DNA of 60,387 nt from contig JAVJSW010000043.1 in NCBI GenBank assembly GCA_040219255.1, forward strand, positions 1 to 60,387, in the 5' to 3' direction. This DNA is from Sumerlaeia bacterium. Lineage in GTDB: Bacteria > Sumerlaeota > Sumerlaeia > SLMS01 > JAHLLQ01. Every line of letters begins with the position of its first letter. Positions within the stretch are counted from its first letter, which is position 1. This document shows positions 31,119-40,657 of this stretch, one piece after another. Made by a program: the position numbers and the translations under genes. The notes under the pieces are model-generated. The model was not told the origin of the DNA, made no database searches, and saw only the letters and a program-made list of their open reading frames with translations.

Positions 31119-31157
31119 GACTTGCGCCCCGGTGCCCGGCTCCGCCACCTGAGCCCT

Positions 31158-32396
31158 ATGATGCCACCTCCTCCCGCGCCGCGCCGCGTCCTGATCCTTA
31201 ACCACAACCTCCGCTATCATGGCACCTACTTCCGCGCCCTCGAAGTCGGCCGCCGCCTGGCCCGGCGCGGTCACGTCGTCACGTTGGTCACCACTGGACC
31301 GGGCTACTATCGGGCCCGGAAAGAACAGCTCGGGAACCTGACGATCTGGGAATCGCCGAGCGGCTTCTCCCCCGCTCTCACCAGCCCCGACGACGGCTGG
31401 TCGCCGTTGGGGCTGCTCTGGAGGCTCGGCCTCGCAGTGTTCCAACGCTGGGACGTCGTTTACGCCTTCTCCCACAAACCGGTCGATGCCTGGCCCGCGC
31501 GTTGGGCGCGCCGCCTCCGGGGCTCGGCCTGGATCGCCGACTGGTGCGATCTCTATGGCGGCCCGGGCATCCACGCCATGCGCCGCGCCGGACGCGAGAA
31601 AGTCCACGCCCTGCAAGACCGGGTCGAAGCCTGGGACGGGCGCCTGGAAGAAGCCACCGCACGCGACTGCGATTTTCTCACAGTGATTAGCGCCGACCTC
31701 CTGAGCCGCGCCGAGGAACTCGGCCGCGGCGAGGAGGCCCTCCACCTTCTGCGCAACGGAGCCAACCTGGACGGCATTTCCCCCCAGGACCGGCGCGACT
31801 GCCGCGCCCGACTTGGGCTGGCGCACATTACCGCTCCGCTGCTCGGCTACATCGCGAACTATCATCCCGATCAGGACCTCCTGCTGGACGCGGTGGGGCG
31901 CGCGGCCCGCGAAAACCGGGAAGCCCAATTCATCGTTGCCGGCAATCCCCTCTACGATCAGGACAAAGCCCTGGACAAGCACGGCCTGACGGATCGAACC
32001 CTGATCCTTGGGCGGATCTCCGACGAGGTCCTGCCCTGGTTCTTCGGCGCCTGCGACGTCCTCCTTCTGCCGCTCAGCGACACCCCCTTCAATCGCAGCC
32101 GCTTTCCCTATAAAGCCACCGACTACCTGGCGGCGGGCCGGCCTCAGGTGGCCTGCGCCGTCGGCGACGTGCCGGCCGTTCTCGGCGGCGCGCCGGAGGT
32201 GGCAGCGCTTTGCGAGCCCACCGCCGAGGCGTTCGCCGCCGCCGCGCTGGCACTCCTCGACGACCCGCCGCGGCGTCAGAGCACGGGCGAAAACGCCCGC
32301 CGCCGCGCCGAGGACCGCTTCGCCTGGAACGCCTTGGTGCAATCCCTGCTCACCGCGTATAACGGGACGCGGACCCGCGACCGGCATCGGCTCTAG
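31158..32396 (+). CDS. GT4-family glycosyltransferase
   Basis: LARRGHVVTL; CDVLLLP...RFPYKATDYLAAGRP...VGD. Confidence 0.85.
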   Translation: MMPPPPAPRRVLILNHNLRYHGTYFRALEVGRRLARRGHVVTLVTTGPGYYRARKEQLGNLTIWESPSGFSPALTSPDDGWSPLGLLWRLGLAVFQRWDVVYAFSHKPVDAWPARWARRLRGSAWIADWCDLYGGPGIHAMRRAGREKVHALQDRVEAWDGRLEEATARDCDFLTVISADLLSRAEELGRGEEALHLLRNGANLDGISPQDRRDCRARLGLAHITAPLLGYIANYHPDQDLLLDAVGRAARENREAQFIVAGNPLYDQDKALDKHGLTDRTLILGRISDEVLPWFFGACDVLLLPLSDTPFNRSRFPYKATDYLAAGRPQVACAVGDVPAVLGGAPEVAALCEPTAEAFAAAALALLDDPPRRQSTGENARRRAEDRFAWNALVQSLLTAYNGTRTRDRHRL

Positions 32397-32459
32397 GCCG
32401 GCGCTCCAGGCGTCAACTCCGCGTCTCCTATCCATACGCGACGAACGGAGCCCTCCTCT

Positions 32460-33359
32460 ATGACAGCCGTAAAGGAACTCGAAAAACAAGAGACTTACGC
32501 TTCCTATCAGGAGCAGTTCACCGAGCAGCATCAGTCCGGCCAGCCGGGCATCCAGCAGGAAATGCATCCCAAGCCGATGACCGACGATCCGGATTACCGA
32601 GGCGCCGAGAAATTGGCGGGTCAGGTGGCCCTGATCACCGGAGGCGACAGCGGCATCGGCCAGGCCGTGGCCATCGCCTTCGCCAAAGAAGGTGCCAGGG
32701 TGGCGGTCAACTTTCTGGACGTGGAAACCGAGGACGCCCTCGCCACAAAGGCCAAAGTGGAAGAATACGGCGGCGAGATCGCCCTGATCCCCGGCGACAT
32801 CCAGGAGCGCGAAACCTGCGACCGCATCGTCCGCGAAACCCTCGAACGCTTCGGCCAACTCGACATCCTGGTCAACAACGCGGCCTATCAGATGGCGCAG
32901 GAAAGCCTGACCGACATCAGCGACGAACAACTCGAACGCACCTTCAACACGAACGTCCTCGGCGCCATCCGGGTCACTCGCGCCGCTCTTTTTCACATGA
33001 AGGACGGTTCGCGTATCATCAACACGACCTCGGTGACGGCCTACCGGGGCAGCAGCCATCTGCTGGATTACTCCTCCACCAAGGGCGCACTCGTGACCTT
33101 TACCCGAAGCCTCGCGGCGGCCCTGGTCGACAAGAAAATCCGCGTCAACGCCGTGGCGCCAGGGCCGGTCTGGACGCCGTTCATTCCGCCCGCCTTTCCC
33201 GCCGAGGCGATGCCGAAATTTGGTGGGCAGGTCCCCATGCAACGCGCCGCCCAGCCATGCGAGCTGGCGCCCGCCTACGTCTTCCTGGCCTCCACCGACT
33301 CGACCCACGTCGCGGGCCAAACCATCCACGTCAACGGCGGCACGCCCGTCGGCGGATAA
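32460..33359 (+). CDS. SDR oxidoreductase (YghA/general stress protein 39-like)
   Basis: ITGGDSGIG, LVNNAA, YSSTK, NAVAPGPVWTP. Confidence 0.92.
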   Translation: MTAVKELEKQETYASYQEQFTEQHQSGQPGIQQEMHPKPMTDDPDYRGAEKLAGQVALITGGDSGIGQAVAIAFAKEGARVAVNFLDVETEDALATKAKVEEYGGEIALIPGDIQERETCDRIVRETLERFGQLDILVNNAAYQMAQESLTDISDEQLERTFNTNVLGAIRVTRAALFHMKDGSRIINTTSVTAYRGSSHLLDYSSTKGALVTFTRSLAAALVDKKIRVNAVAPGPVWTPFIPPAFPAEAMPKFGGQVPMQRAAQPCELAPAYVFLASTDSTHVAGQTIHVNGGTPVGG

Positions 33360-33393
33360 GCCCCGCGAAACCCACCTGGAAAGGAATCTTCCC

Positions 33394-33672
33394 ATGCCTC
33401 AGCAACAAAGCCAGAAAACCACCGATCACACCACCATCCGCAAATGGGCGGAAAGCCGCAAGGGCCAGCCCGCCGCCGTGCGCCGGACCGGCCGCGACGA
33501 GGACCCGGGCCTGCTGCGCATTCGCTTCTCCGATGAGCGAAGCGACGACCTGGAAGCCGTCACCTGGGACGAATGGTTCGACAAGTTCGAGGAGAGCAAG
33601 CTGGCCTTCGTCTATCAGGACGAAACGACGGAGGGCGGAGCGAGCCGGTTCAATAAACTGGTGAGCCGCTAA
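33394..33672 (+). CDS. conserved small hypothetical protein typical of stress clusters
   Basis: TTDHTTIRKWAE.R.G.PA...GLLRI.F...WDEWFDKFEE..LAFVYQ...SRFNKLVSR; GGAAAGGA RBS. Confidence 0.8.
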   Translation: MPQQQSQKTTDHTTIRKWAESRKGQPAAVRRTGRDEDPGLLRIRFSDERSDDLEAVTWDEWFDKFEESKLAFVYQDETTEGGASRFNKLVSR

Positions 33673-33675
33673 AAT

Positions 33676-33691
33676 TGGCACCGGGTTTGCT
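33676..33691 (+). promoter_or_regulatory. sigma-54 (-24/-12) promoter
   Basis: TGGCAC-CGGGT-TTGCT is an exact match to TGGCAC-N5-TTGCW. Confidence 0.75.
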
Positions 33692-33701
33692 CAGTCTATT
33701 C

Positions 33702-33770
33702 TCAGGCAAAGACCGGCGCGTTTCTCGACCTCCTGTGTGTACGCTTCACGAGAAACGCGCCTTTTCCTTT
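33702..33770 (+). ncRNA. candidate sigma-54-dependent small RNA with anti-SD loop
   Basis: Predicted +1 near 33702; perfect 13-bp stem 33715-33727/33749-33761; 21-nt loop beginning ACCTCCT; TTTTCCTTT tail. Confidence 0.55.
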
Positions 33771-33919
33771 AAATCCGCCCCCGCGATCTGAACCGTCCTT
33801 GCTCCGGCACCGCTCCTAGGAGACACTCCGGCCAAACGCTCAGAGGCTCTGGGCCCGCCCGGTATCTTCTTGCCCGGTACCTTCATTCTCTCCCTACATT
33901 CAGACAAGGAACGCCGCAT

Positions 33920-34918
33920 ATGTCCGAAACCGCATCCTTCGCAGAGGACCGCTACGACAAGATGCGCTATCGCCGCTGTGGCCGCAGCGGCCTCGTCCTG
34001 CCGGAAGTTTCCCTCGGTCTCTGGCAAAGCCTCGGCGAAAAGGGCAATGAAGCCCTTTGCAAAGAAGCCTGCTTCTATGCCTTCGACCAGGGCGTCAACC
34101 ACTTCGACTTGGCAAACAACTACGGACCGCCCTTCGGTTACGCCGAGGAATCGTTCGGCCGGGTTCTGAAAGAAATGCCCCGCGACGAACTCATCATCTC
34201 TACCAAGGCCGGCTATCGCATGTGGCCCGGGCCGTTCGGCGAGGGTGGCAGCAAAAAGTACCTGGTGGCCAGTCTGGATCAGTCCCTCAAGCGCATGGGC
34301 CTCGATTACGTGGACATTTTTTACCACCATTGCCCCGACGACCGGGTCATGATGGAGGAATCGCTGGAAACGCTGGACCTGATCGTGAAGCAGGGCAAAG
34401 CCCTGTACGTCGGCGTCAGCAGCTATCGCGGTCATCAATTCGCCGAGGCCGCCGAACTGGTCCGCGCCCGGGGCTGGGCGCCACTGACCATCCACCAGCC
34501 GATGTACAACATGGTGGACCGATGGGTGGAATCGGAGTTGATGCCCCAGACCGAGCGCACCGGCACCGGAATCATCGCCTTCTGCCCGCTGGGCCAGGGG
34601 CTCCTGACGGACAAGTACCTGCGCGGCGTGCCGGAGGATTCGCGCGTGGCGCGCACCCCGCACTTGCAGGAGCGGCTGGAAAAATGGCGCGTCGAGGGCT
34701 GGCTGGCCAAAGTGGCGCGGCTGAACGACTTCGCGCAGGAACGCGACATGACGATGGCCCAGTTGGCCATCGCCTGGCTGCTGCGCGATCCGCGCCTGAC
34801 GAGCGTCCTGATCGGCGCCTCGCGCATGGACCAACTTAAAGAGAATCTGGCCGCCGTGCGCAAGCCGCCCCTGACCAAGGAGCACTGCGAAGCCATCGGC
34901 GCGATTCTGACGGAGTGA
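33920..34918 (+). CDS. aldo/keto reductase (YghZ/L-glyceraldehyde-3-phosphate reductase-like)
   Basis: YRRCGRSGL.LP..SLGLW, HFDLANNYGPP, ISTKAGY.MWPGP, SLKRMGLDYVDIFY. Confidence 0.92.
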   Translation: MSETASFAEDRYDKMRYRRCGRSGLVLPEVSLGLWQSLGEKGNEALCKEACFYAFDQGVNHFDLANNYGPPFGYAEESFGRVLKEMPRDELIISTKAGYRMWPGPFGEGGSKKYLVASLDQSLKRMGLDYVDIFYHHCPDDRVMMEESLETLDLIVKQGKALYVGVSSYRGHQFAEAAELVRARGWAPLTIHQPMYNMVDRWVESELMPQTERTGTGIIAFCPLGQGLLTDKYLRGVPEDSRVARTPHLQERLEKWRVEGWLAKVARLNDFAQERDMTMAQLAIAWLLRDPRLTSVLIGASRMDQLKENLAAVRKPPLTKEHCEAIGAILTE

Positions 34919-35175
34919 AAATGGGCGGGCAAAAATACCCGCTTTTGTAAGAAATCACACCCCTGCGTTGCATAGGAATCGGTGGGCGGAACGTTCGGAG
35001 GCGAAGAGCCGGGACGCCTAATCCAAACCGATTATTGGCATGCCAAACTTTTCTCTGGACACACCAACGGACTTTATTAAGAGTCCCGCCATTCCCGGGG
35101 GGTCAGCCGCCCCAAAGTTTGAGAAAGTTTTCACAAACCTCCCGGACAATCATCGACGGAGTTCTCTCCTTAATA

Positions 35176-36705
35176 ATGCTCTCTTTTCTTTCTCATCCCC
35201 GGCGCCATGTCTTCCTGACCGCCGCTGGAATCCTTGCCGTCACTCCCCTGTGCGCGCAGGTGACCTTCGATTTCGACTCGGCCGCCGACCTCGATTCCGC
35301 CATCGTCAGCGGCGACACCAACTATTTCCAAATTTCCACCGCCCAGGACCACGATGGCTCCTCGTCCTCGCTCCAGTTCTTCGACCCGGCCGTGAAGCCC
35401 GCCATCAACCTGCTGACCTCCACGGAAGAGCCGGGCTATCCCCAGGACCCCTTCGAGTCCTTTACCTATGAAGTTCCGATCGCGCTGACCTCGGGCACGA
35501 TCACCGTGGACTTCTACGATCCCTACGGTTCGCCCCCTCCGGGTCCGACGACGTTCGAATGGCTCGGCAGCATCATCCTGGAAGACGCCGACAACCCGGC
35601 CGATTTCATCGCCATCGAACTGACCCGGCTGAACTACGGCGGCGGTCTCTACTACGCCAGCGAAGGCGTCGACACGAACAGCGACTCGGTCTTCGATGCC
35701 GACACCGGCACGATCCGCACCGTCGGCTGGCATACGGCTGAATTCCTCATCTCTGCCACGGAATCGCTCGTCCGCGTGGACGGCGGCGCCATCGCCGACG
35801 AAACGGTCGGCCCCGGCGGCTCGGCGAACCTGCGCCTGCGCTTCATGGCCGACACGCCCACCGGCGGTGGCATGGGGAATTACCTGACGACTCCGGACCC
35901 GATTTCGATTCCGGCCATTCCGGGCGACACCTTCTACGACAACATCGTCTTCACGGCGACGGCGCCCTCCGCCGCGACGGCGACCTTTGGCTTCGAAGAC
36001 GGCGAGACCGACACGCCTGACGAGTTCATGGGGCCGACGGGCTTCGACAATCCGAACATGGCGGGCTTCTTCAACGATTTCGCCACCACCACGACCCAGT
36101 TCACGGAAGGCGCCCAGTCCGGCACCTTCTTCAACGGCGTCGAGACCTTCAAGAGCATTGCCTTCGACCTGACCGGTGCCAGCGCAGGCACCGCCACCGT
36201 CTGGTTCTACGACAGCCTTGGCCCAAATGCGGACAGCGACAAGCTCGGCGGCTCGATCATCATCGAGAACGGCAGCGATCCCTCCGACTTCCTGGCCGTC
36301 GAAATCTGGAACTTCCCCTACCCGAGCCTCGACCCCGCCCCGCCGAACAACTACTACCTCACCCGCTCGACCGCTGGCGGCGTTGGACCTACCGACTTCC
36401 AGAGCGGCGTCCTGCCGAACCGCACCGTCGGATGGCACCGCGTCGATTTCGCGCTCACCAACGCGAGCACCACGGTCACCGTCGATGGCATAGGCAGTGC
36501 TACCGTTACCGGCCCGGGACTTTCCACCAACCCGAAGATCCGCCTGATGGCGGATTCGGCTTCCTCCGGCGGCTTTGCGAATTATGTAACCATCGACGAG
36601 CTGGACATCCTTTACATGGCGACCCGCGAGCCCTACGTCTTCTTCGACGACGTGACGCTGCCGCTGTCCGCCGCCTCCGTGACCCACTGGGAACTCTACC
36701 AGTAA
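35176..36705 (+). CDS. secreted acidic beta-rich protein with two tandem repeated domains and C-terminal SVTHWELYQ tail
   Basis: Signal peptide ending PLCA-Q; internal repeat (RTVGWH twice; LRFMAD/IRLMAD; GSIILE/GSIIIE). Confidence 0.85.
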   Translation: MLSFLSHPRRHVFLTAAGILAVTPLCAQVTFDFDSAADLDSAIVSGDTNYFQISTAQDHDGSSSSLQFFDPAVKPAINLLTSTEEPGYPQDPFESFTYEVPIALTSGTITVDFYDPYGSPPPGPTTFEWLGSIILEDADNPADFIAIELTRLNYGGGLYYASEGVDTNSDSVFDADTGTIRTVGWHTAEFLISATESLVRVDGGAIADETVGPGGSANLRLRFMADTPTGGGMGNYLTTPDPISIPAIPGDTFYDNIVFTATAPSAATATFGFEDGETDTPDEFMGPTGFDNPNMAGFFNDFATTTTQFTEGAQSGTFFNGVETFKSIAFDLTGASAGTATVWFYDSLGPNADSDKLGGSIIIENGSDPSDFLAVEIWNFPYPSLDPAPPNNYYLTRSTAGGVGPTDFQSGVLPNRTVGWHRVDFALTNASTTVTVDGIGSATVTGPGLSTNPKIRLMADSASSGGFANYVTIDELDILYMATREPYVFFDDVTLPLSAASVTHWELYQ

Positions 36706-36744
36706 GACATCCCCCGACCGATTTCGCGAGCGAGTGAAGCAGAC

Positions 36745-37338
36745 ATGAAGACTCCGAGTTTCCGGCGCGGCTTTACGCTGATCGAACTTCTGATCGTGGT
36801 GGCGATCATCGCCATCCTGGCGGCTATCGCCGTTCCGAATTTCCTGGAGGCGCAAACGCGCTCGAAAATCTCTCGCGCCCAGGCCGATATGCGCACCATC
36901 GCCACCGGCCTGGAAGCCTATCGCGTGGATACGAACAAGTACCCAAAAGAGGAGAACCTCTTCGGGCCCTTCACTCCCCGGCTGGCCGCCATCACATCCC
37001 CCATCGCCTACCTGACCAGCGTTCCCAACGATCCCTTCTTCCAGCGCGCGGCGGCCGCCGCCGGCAGCGGCATCGGCCAGTCGGACCCCGCTTTCTACTA
37101 CGCGTCGGGGAATCTGGGGCCGGGCGGCGCGTCGGTGTTCGACACGCCAGAGGCCACCCTGTCGCTTTACTCGCTGGCGAGCCGCGGACCGGATCTGGCC
37201 ATCTTCATGCCCTACTGCGTCGTGCATCCGGTGGCCAAGAGCCGGGATTGGGACGTAGTGTATCAATACGACCCAACCAACGGCACGATAAGCGACGGCG
37301 AAATCTTTCGCTTCAGCCCCGGCACCATCGGCGGCTAA
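36745..37338 (+). CDS. prepilin / GspG-like pseudopilin
   Basis: RG-FTLIELLIVVAIIAILAAIAVPNF type IV N-methylation motif; C-terminal YDPTNGTISDGEI. Confidence 0.93.
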   Translation: MKTPSFRRGFTLIELLIVVAIIAILAAIAVPNFLEAQTRSKISRAQADMRTIATGLEAYRVDTNKYPKEENLFGPFTPRLAAITSPIAYLTSVPNDPFFQRAAAAAGSGIGQSDPAFYYASGNLGPGGASVFDTPEATLSLYSLASRGPDLAIFMPYCVVHPVAKSRDWDVVYQYDPTNGTISDGEIFRFSPGTIGG

Positions 37339-37363
37339 GACGATTTCCCCGACAATTCCAATG

Positions 37364-37399
37364 AACCGGCAAACCCTTTGCGGGAATGCCGGTTTTCTT
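37364..37399 (+). terminator. intrinsic terminator after the pilin gene
   Basis: AACCGGCA...TGCCGGTT stem followed by TTCTT. Confidence 0.6.
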
Positions 37400-37447
37400 A
37401 TTTGAACCGACTCCTTCTTTCACACTATCGGACAGAGACACTCTCCC

Positions 37448-40384
37448 ATGCTTCTTCAACTCAGCGCTCTCGCCTGCATGACTTGCCTCTCAGGCCATCT
37501 GGCCTGGCAGGATACGGACCCCTCCCCCGCCGCCGAAGCGCCCGCGAACTACACGGAAGAAGACTTCCTGAGCCGCACCCGCCGCCTGACCTTCGAAGGC
37601 AAGCGCGCCGGCGAAGGCTATTTCGACCCCAGCGGCACCCTGATGTCTTTTCAGAGCGAGCGCGATCCGGAGAACCCGTTCTATCAGATTTTCGTCCTCG
37701 ATCTCTCCACCGGCGATGTGGAGCAAGTCTCGCCCGGCAAAGGCAAGACCACCTGCTCCTTCATCAACCCCGCCGACACCAACCAGGTCATGTACGCCAG
37801 CACGCACCACGACCCGGAGACCGATCGCCTGATGCGCGAAGAGCTGGATTTCCGCGCCTCGGGCCAGGAACGCCGCTACTCCTGGGATTACGATCCGCAG
37901 TTCGAACTCTACGTCACCGAACGCGACACGGGAGAAACCACCCGCCTGAGCCATGCGCTCGGCTACGACGCCGAAGGCAGCTACTCACCCGACGGCAAAC
38001 TGCTGGTCTTCACCAGCAACCGCCACGCCTTTAGCGAGGAACTGACGGCGGAAGAGCAGGCCAAACTGGAAATCGACCCCAGCTACTTCCTCGACCTCTA
38101 CATCATGAACGCCGACGGATCGAACGTCCGGCGCCTGACCGATGTTCCGGGGTACGACGGCGGACCGTTTTTCTCGCCCGACGGCGAGCGCGTCGTCTGG
38201 CGCCGCTTCACTGAAGACGGTCTCCTGGCCGACATCTACACCATCAAGATCGACGGCACGGAGGAGCGCCGCATCACCGATTTCAACGCCATGAGCTGGG
38301 CCCCCTATTTCCATCCCTCTGGCGATTATATCCTCTTTGCATCGAACAAGCTCGGCTTCTCGAACTTCGAGGTCTTCGCCGTCGATGCCCTCGGCGAAAA
38401 GGAACCCGTCCGCATCACCTACACCGATGGCTTCGACGGCCTGCCCGTTCCCATGCCCAAGGGCGACCAGATGGTTTGGACGTCGAGCCGCCACGCCGAC
38501 GGCACCGGCGGCCAACTCTACATGGCGCAACTCAGCAACGAAGCGATCCTCGCCGCTCTCGAAGCGGCTCCTCCGCGCAACAGTGCCTCCGCCGACTCGA
38601 CCCAGGCGAAAGCCCCCGTCGAAGTCCCCGAAGCGGACTTCAAGCGCACCGTCCGCGACCACGTCGAGTTCCTTGCCAGCGAAGGCCTCGAAGGCCGTCT
38701 CACCGGTTCGGAAGGCGAACGCCTCGCGTCCGAATACCTCGCCGCGCACCTCAAGCTTCTCGGCGCCCAGCCCCTGCCCGACGAGGACGATCTGCTCGTT
38801 CCCTTTGAATTCACCGCCGGCATGGAGGATGGCGGCACGGAAATCTCCATCGCCACCGGCAGCGACACCGAGACCTTCACCGGCGATCCGGCGACGCTGA
38901 CGCCGCTGTCCTTCAGCGACAGCGGCACCGTCAGTGGCGAAGTCGTCTTCGCGGGCTATGGCATCAAGGTGCCGGACAGTTCGGAGTTTCCCTACGACAG
39001 CTACCATGGCCTCGACGTGAAGGACAAAATCGTGGTGGCGCTGCGATATTTCCCGGAGGAAACGGAAGGGGAATTCCGCCAGACGCTGTCGCAGTTCTCG
39101 CCGTTGCGCTTCAAAGCCAAGCACGCCCGCGAATTGGGCGCGAAGGCGCTGGTGATCGTGACCGGCCCGAACTCGCCTAACGCCGGTGAGACCGTGCCGA
39201 TGCGCTTCGATACCTCGCTCTCGGGCTCCGGCCTCGTGGCGGTCAGCCTCGGCGGCGAGGCGGCGGACGCGCTCTTCGCGGCGGCGGGGCTTGAGCTGGA
39301 GAAGCTCCAGGCCGGCCTCGACAGCGGCAACCCGCACGTCAGCGGTCAGGCCCTCGAAGGTTTGGAAATGACCATTTCGACCACGATCGAGCGGGAACGC
39401 AAAATCGCCCAGAACGTCGTCGGCGTTCTGCCCGCCACGACCGGCGACAAAGCCAGCGAGTACATCGCCCTCGGCGCCCACTACGACCACCTCGGCCACG
39501 GGGCTGGCGGCAACTCGCTGGCGCGCAAGGGCGAGGACGGTCAGATTCACTATGGCGCCGACGACAACGCGAGCGGCGTGGCGGCGGTGCTGGAGATCGC
39601 CGAGACCATCTCGCAGCTCCGCATCGCCCGCCCGCGCCCCGTCATGGTGGCCTTCTGGAGCGGCGAGGAAATGGGCCTGCTGGGCTCCGCCGCCTTCGCC
39701 AAGGACAACCCGGTCCCCATGGAAGACATCGCCGCCTACGTGAACTTCGACATGGTCGGCCGCATGAAGGACAACCGCCTCATGCTCCAGGGCATCGGCA
39801 GCAGCCCCGGCTGGGCCCGCTTGATCGAGAAAACCAACGTCCCCGTCGGCTTCGACGTGAAGACCTCGGACGATCCGTTCCTGCCGACGGATACCGCCTC
39901 CTTCTATCCCGAAGGCATCCCCGTCATCCACTTCTTCACCGGCGCCCACGAGGACTACCATCGGCCCACCGACACGCCCGACAAGGTCAACACCGAAGAC
40001 CTGGAGCGCATCGTGCGCTTTGGCGCCGGCCTGACGCGGCAACTGATCCACGCCGATGAGCGCTTGGAGTATGCCCAGGTCGAACGCACCGCCGACCAAA
40101 ACGCCCCCGCCCGGGGCGTCCGCGCCTTCACCGGCACCATCCCGGACTACACCCAGGAAGCGAAGGGCCTCGCCCTCTCCGGCGTCATCGACGGTGGCCC
40201 GGCGGACAAAGCCGGCTTGCGCGGCGGCGACGTGATCGTCGAATTCGCCGGCCAGGAGATCACCAACATCTACGACTACATGTACGCCCTCGACAGCATC
40301 AAGATCGGCGAGGAAACCTCGGTCACCGTGATGCGCGATGGCGAGCGAGTCGAGATGACCCTGATCCCGGAGGCGCGGGATTAG
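37448..40384 (+). CDS. M28 aminopeptidase with PD40 propeller, PA and PDZ domains
   Basis: YSPDGK.LVFTSNR repeats; GAHYDH, GADDNASG, SGEEMG, NFDMVG, HEDYH; GPADKAGLRGGDVI. Confidence 0.92.
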   Translation: MLLQLSALACMTCLSGHLAWQDTDPSPAAEAPANYTEEDFLSRTRRLTFEGKRAGEGYFDPSGTLMSFQSERDPENPFYQIFVLDLSTGDVEQVSPGKGKTTCSFINPADTNQVMYASTHHDPETDRLMREELDFRASGQERRYSWDYDPQFELYVTERDTGETTRLSHALGYDAEGSYSPDGKLLVFTSNRHAFSEELTAEEQAKLEIDPSYFLDLYIMNADGSNVRRLTDVPGYDGGPFFSPDGERVVWRRFTEDGLLADIYTIKIDGTEERRITDFNAMSWAPYFHPSGDYILFASNKLGFSNFEVFAVDALGEKEPVRITYTDGFDGLPVPMPKGDQMVWTSSRHADGTGGQLYMAQLSNEAILAALEAAPPRNSASADSTQAKAPVEVPEADFKRTVRDHVEFLASEGLEGRLTGSEGERLASEYLAAHLKLLGAQPLPDEDDLLVPFEFTAGMEDGGTEISIATGSDTETFTGDPATLTPLSFSDSGTVSGEVVFAGYGIKVPDSSEFPYDSYHGLDVKDKIVVALRYFPEETEGEFRQTLSQFSPLRFKAKHARELGAKALVIVTGPNSPNAGETVPMRFDTSLSGSGLVAVSLGGEAADALFAAAGLELEKLQAGLDSGNPHVSGQALEGLEMTISTTIERERKIAQNVVGVLPATTGDKASEYIALGAHYDHLGHGAGGNSLARKGEDGQIHYGADDNASGVAAVLEIAETISQLRIARPRPVMVAFWSGEEMGLLGSAAFAKDNPVPMEDIAAYVNFDMVGRMKDNRLMLQGIGSSPGWARLIEKTNVPVGFDVKTSDDPFLPTDTASFYPEGIPVIHFFTGAHEDYHRPTDTPDKVNTEDLERIVRFGAGLTRQLIHADERLEYAQVERTADQNAPARGVRAFTGTIPDYTQEAKGLALSGVIDGGPADKAGLRGGDVIVEFAGQEITNIYDYMYALDSIKIGEETSVTVMRDGERVEMTLIPEARD

Positions 40385-40403
40385 GGGGTGGTTGGCCGGA
40401 CAA

Positions 40404-40575
40404 TTTTAGCCACGGATCAACACGGATAGATAAAGACAAGAAATTTCAATACATTCAAATCAAAACCAATAGTGTCTTGAAGTTATTTGATTTTTCATTC
40501 TATTTCACACAACCTCCCCATCCCCCGCCATCCACCCCATCATCTGCGCCCATCTGTGTTCATCTGTGGCTAAAA
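40404..40575. repeat. inverted-repeat-bounded REP/MITE-like element 3
   Basis: TTTTAGCCACGGATCAACACGGAT ... ATCTGTGTTCATCTGTGGCTAAAA, very AT-rich interior. Confidence 0.8.
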
Positions 40576-40657
40576 ACCCATCCCACCCACCACGCCGCCT
40601 CCAACTCGCAATTGACCAAAGGCCCCCGCCCGGCGCAAGCTCCCCGGGTTCGATCCC

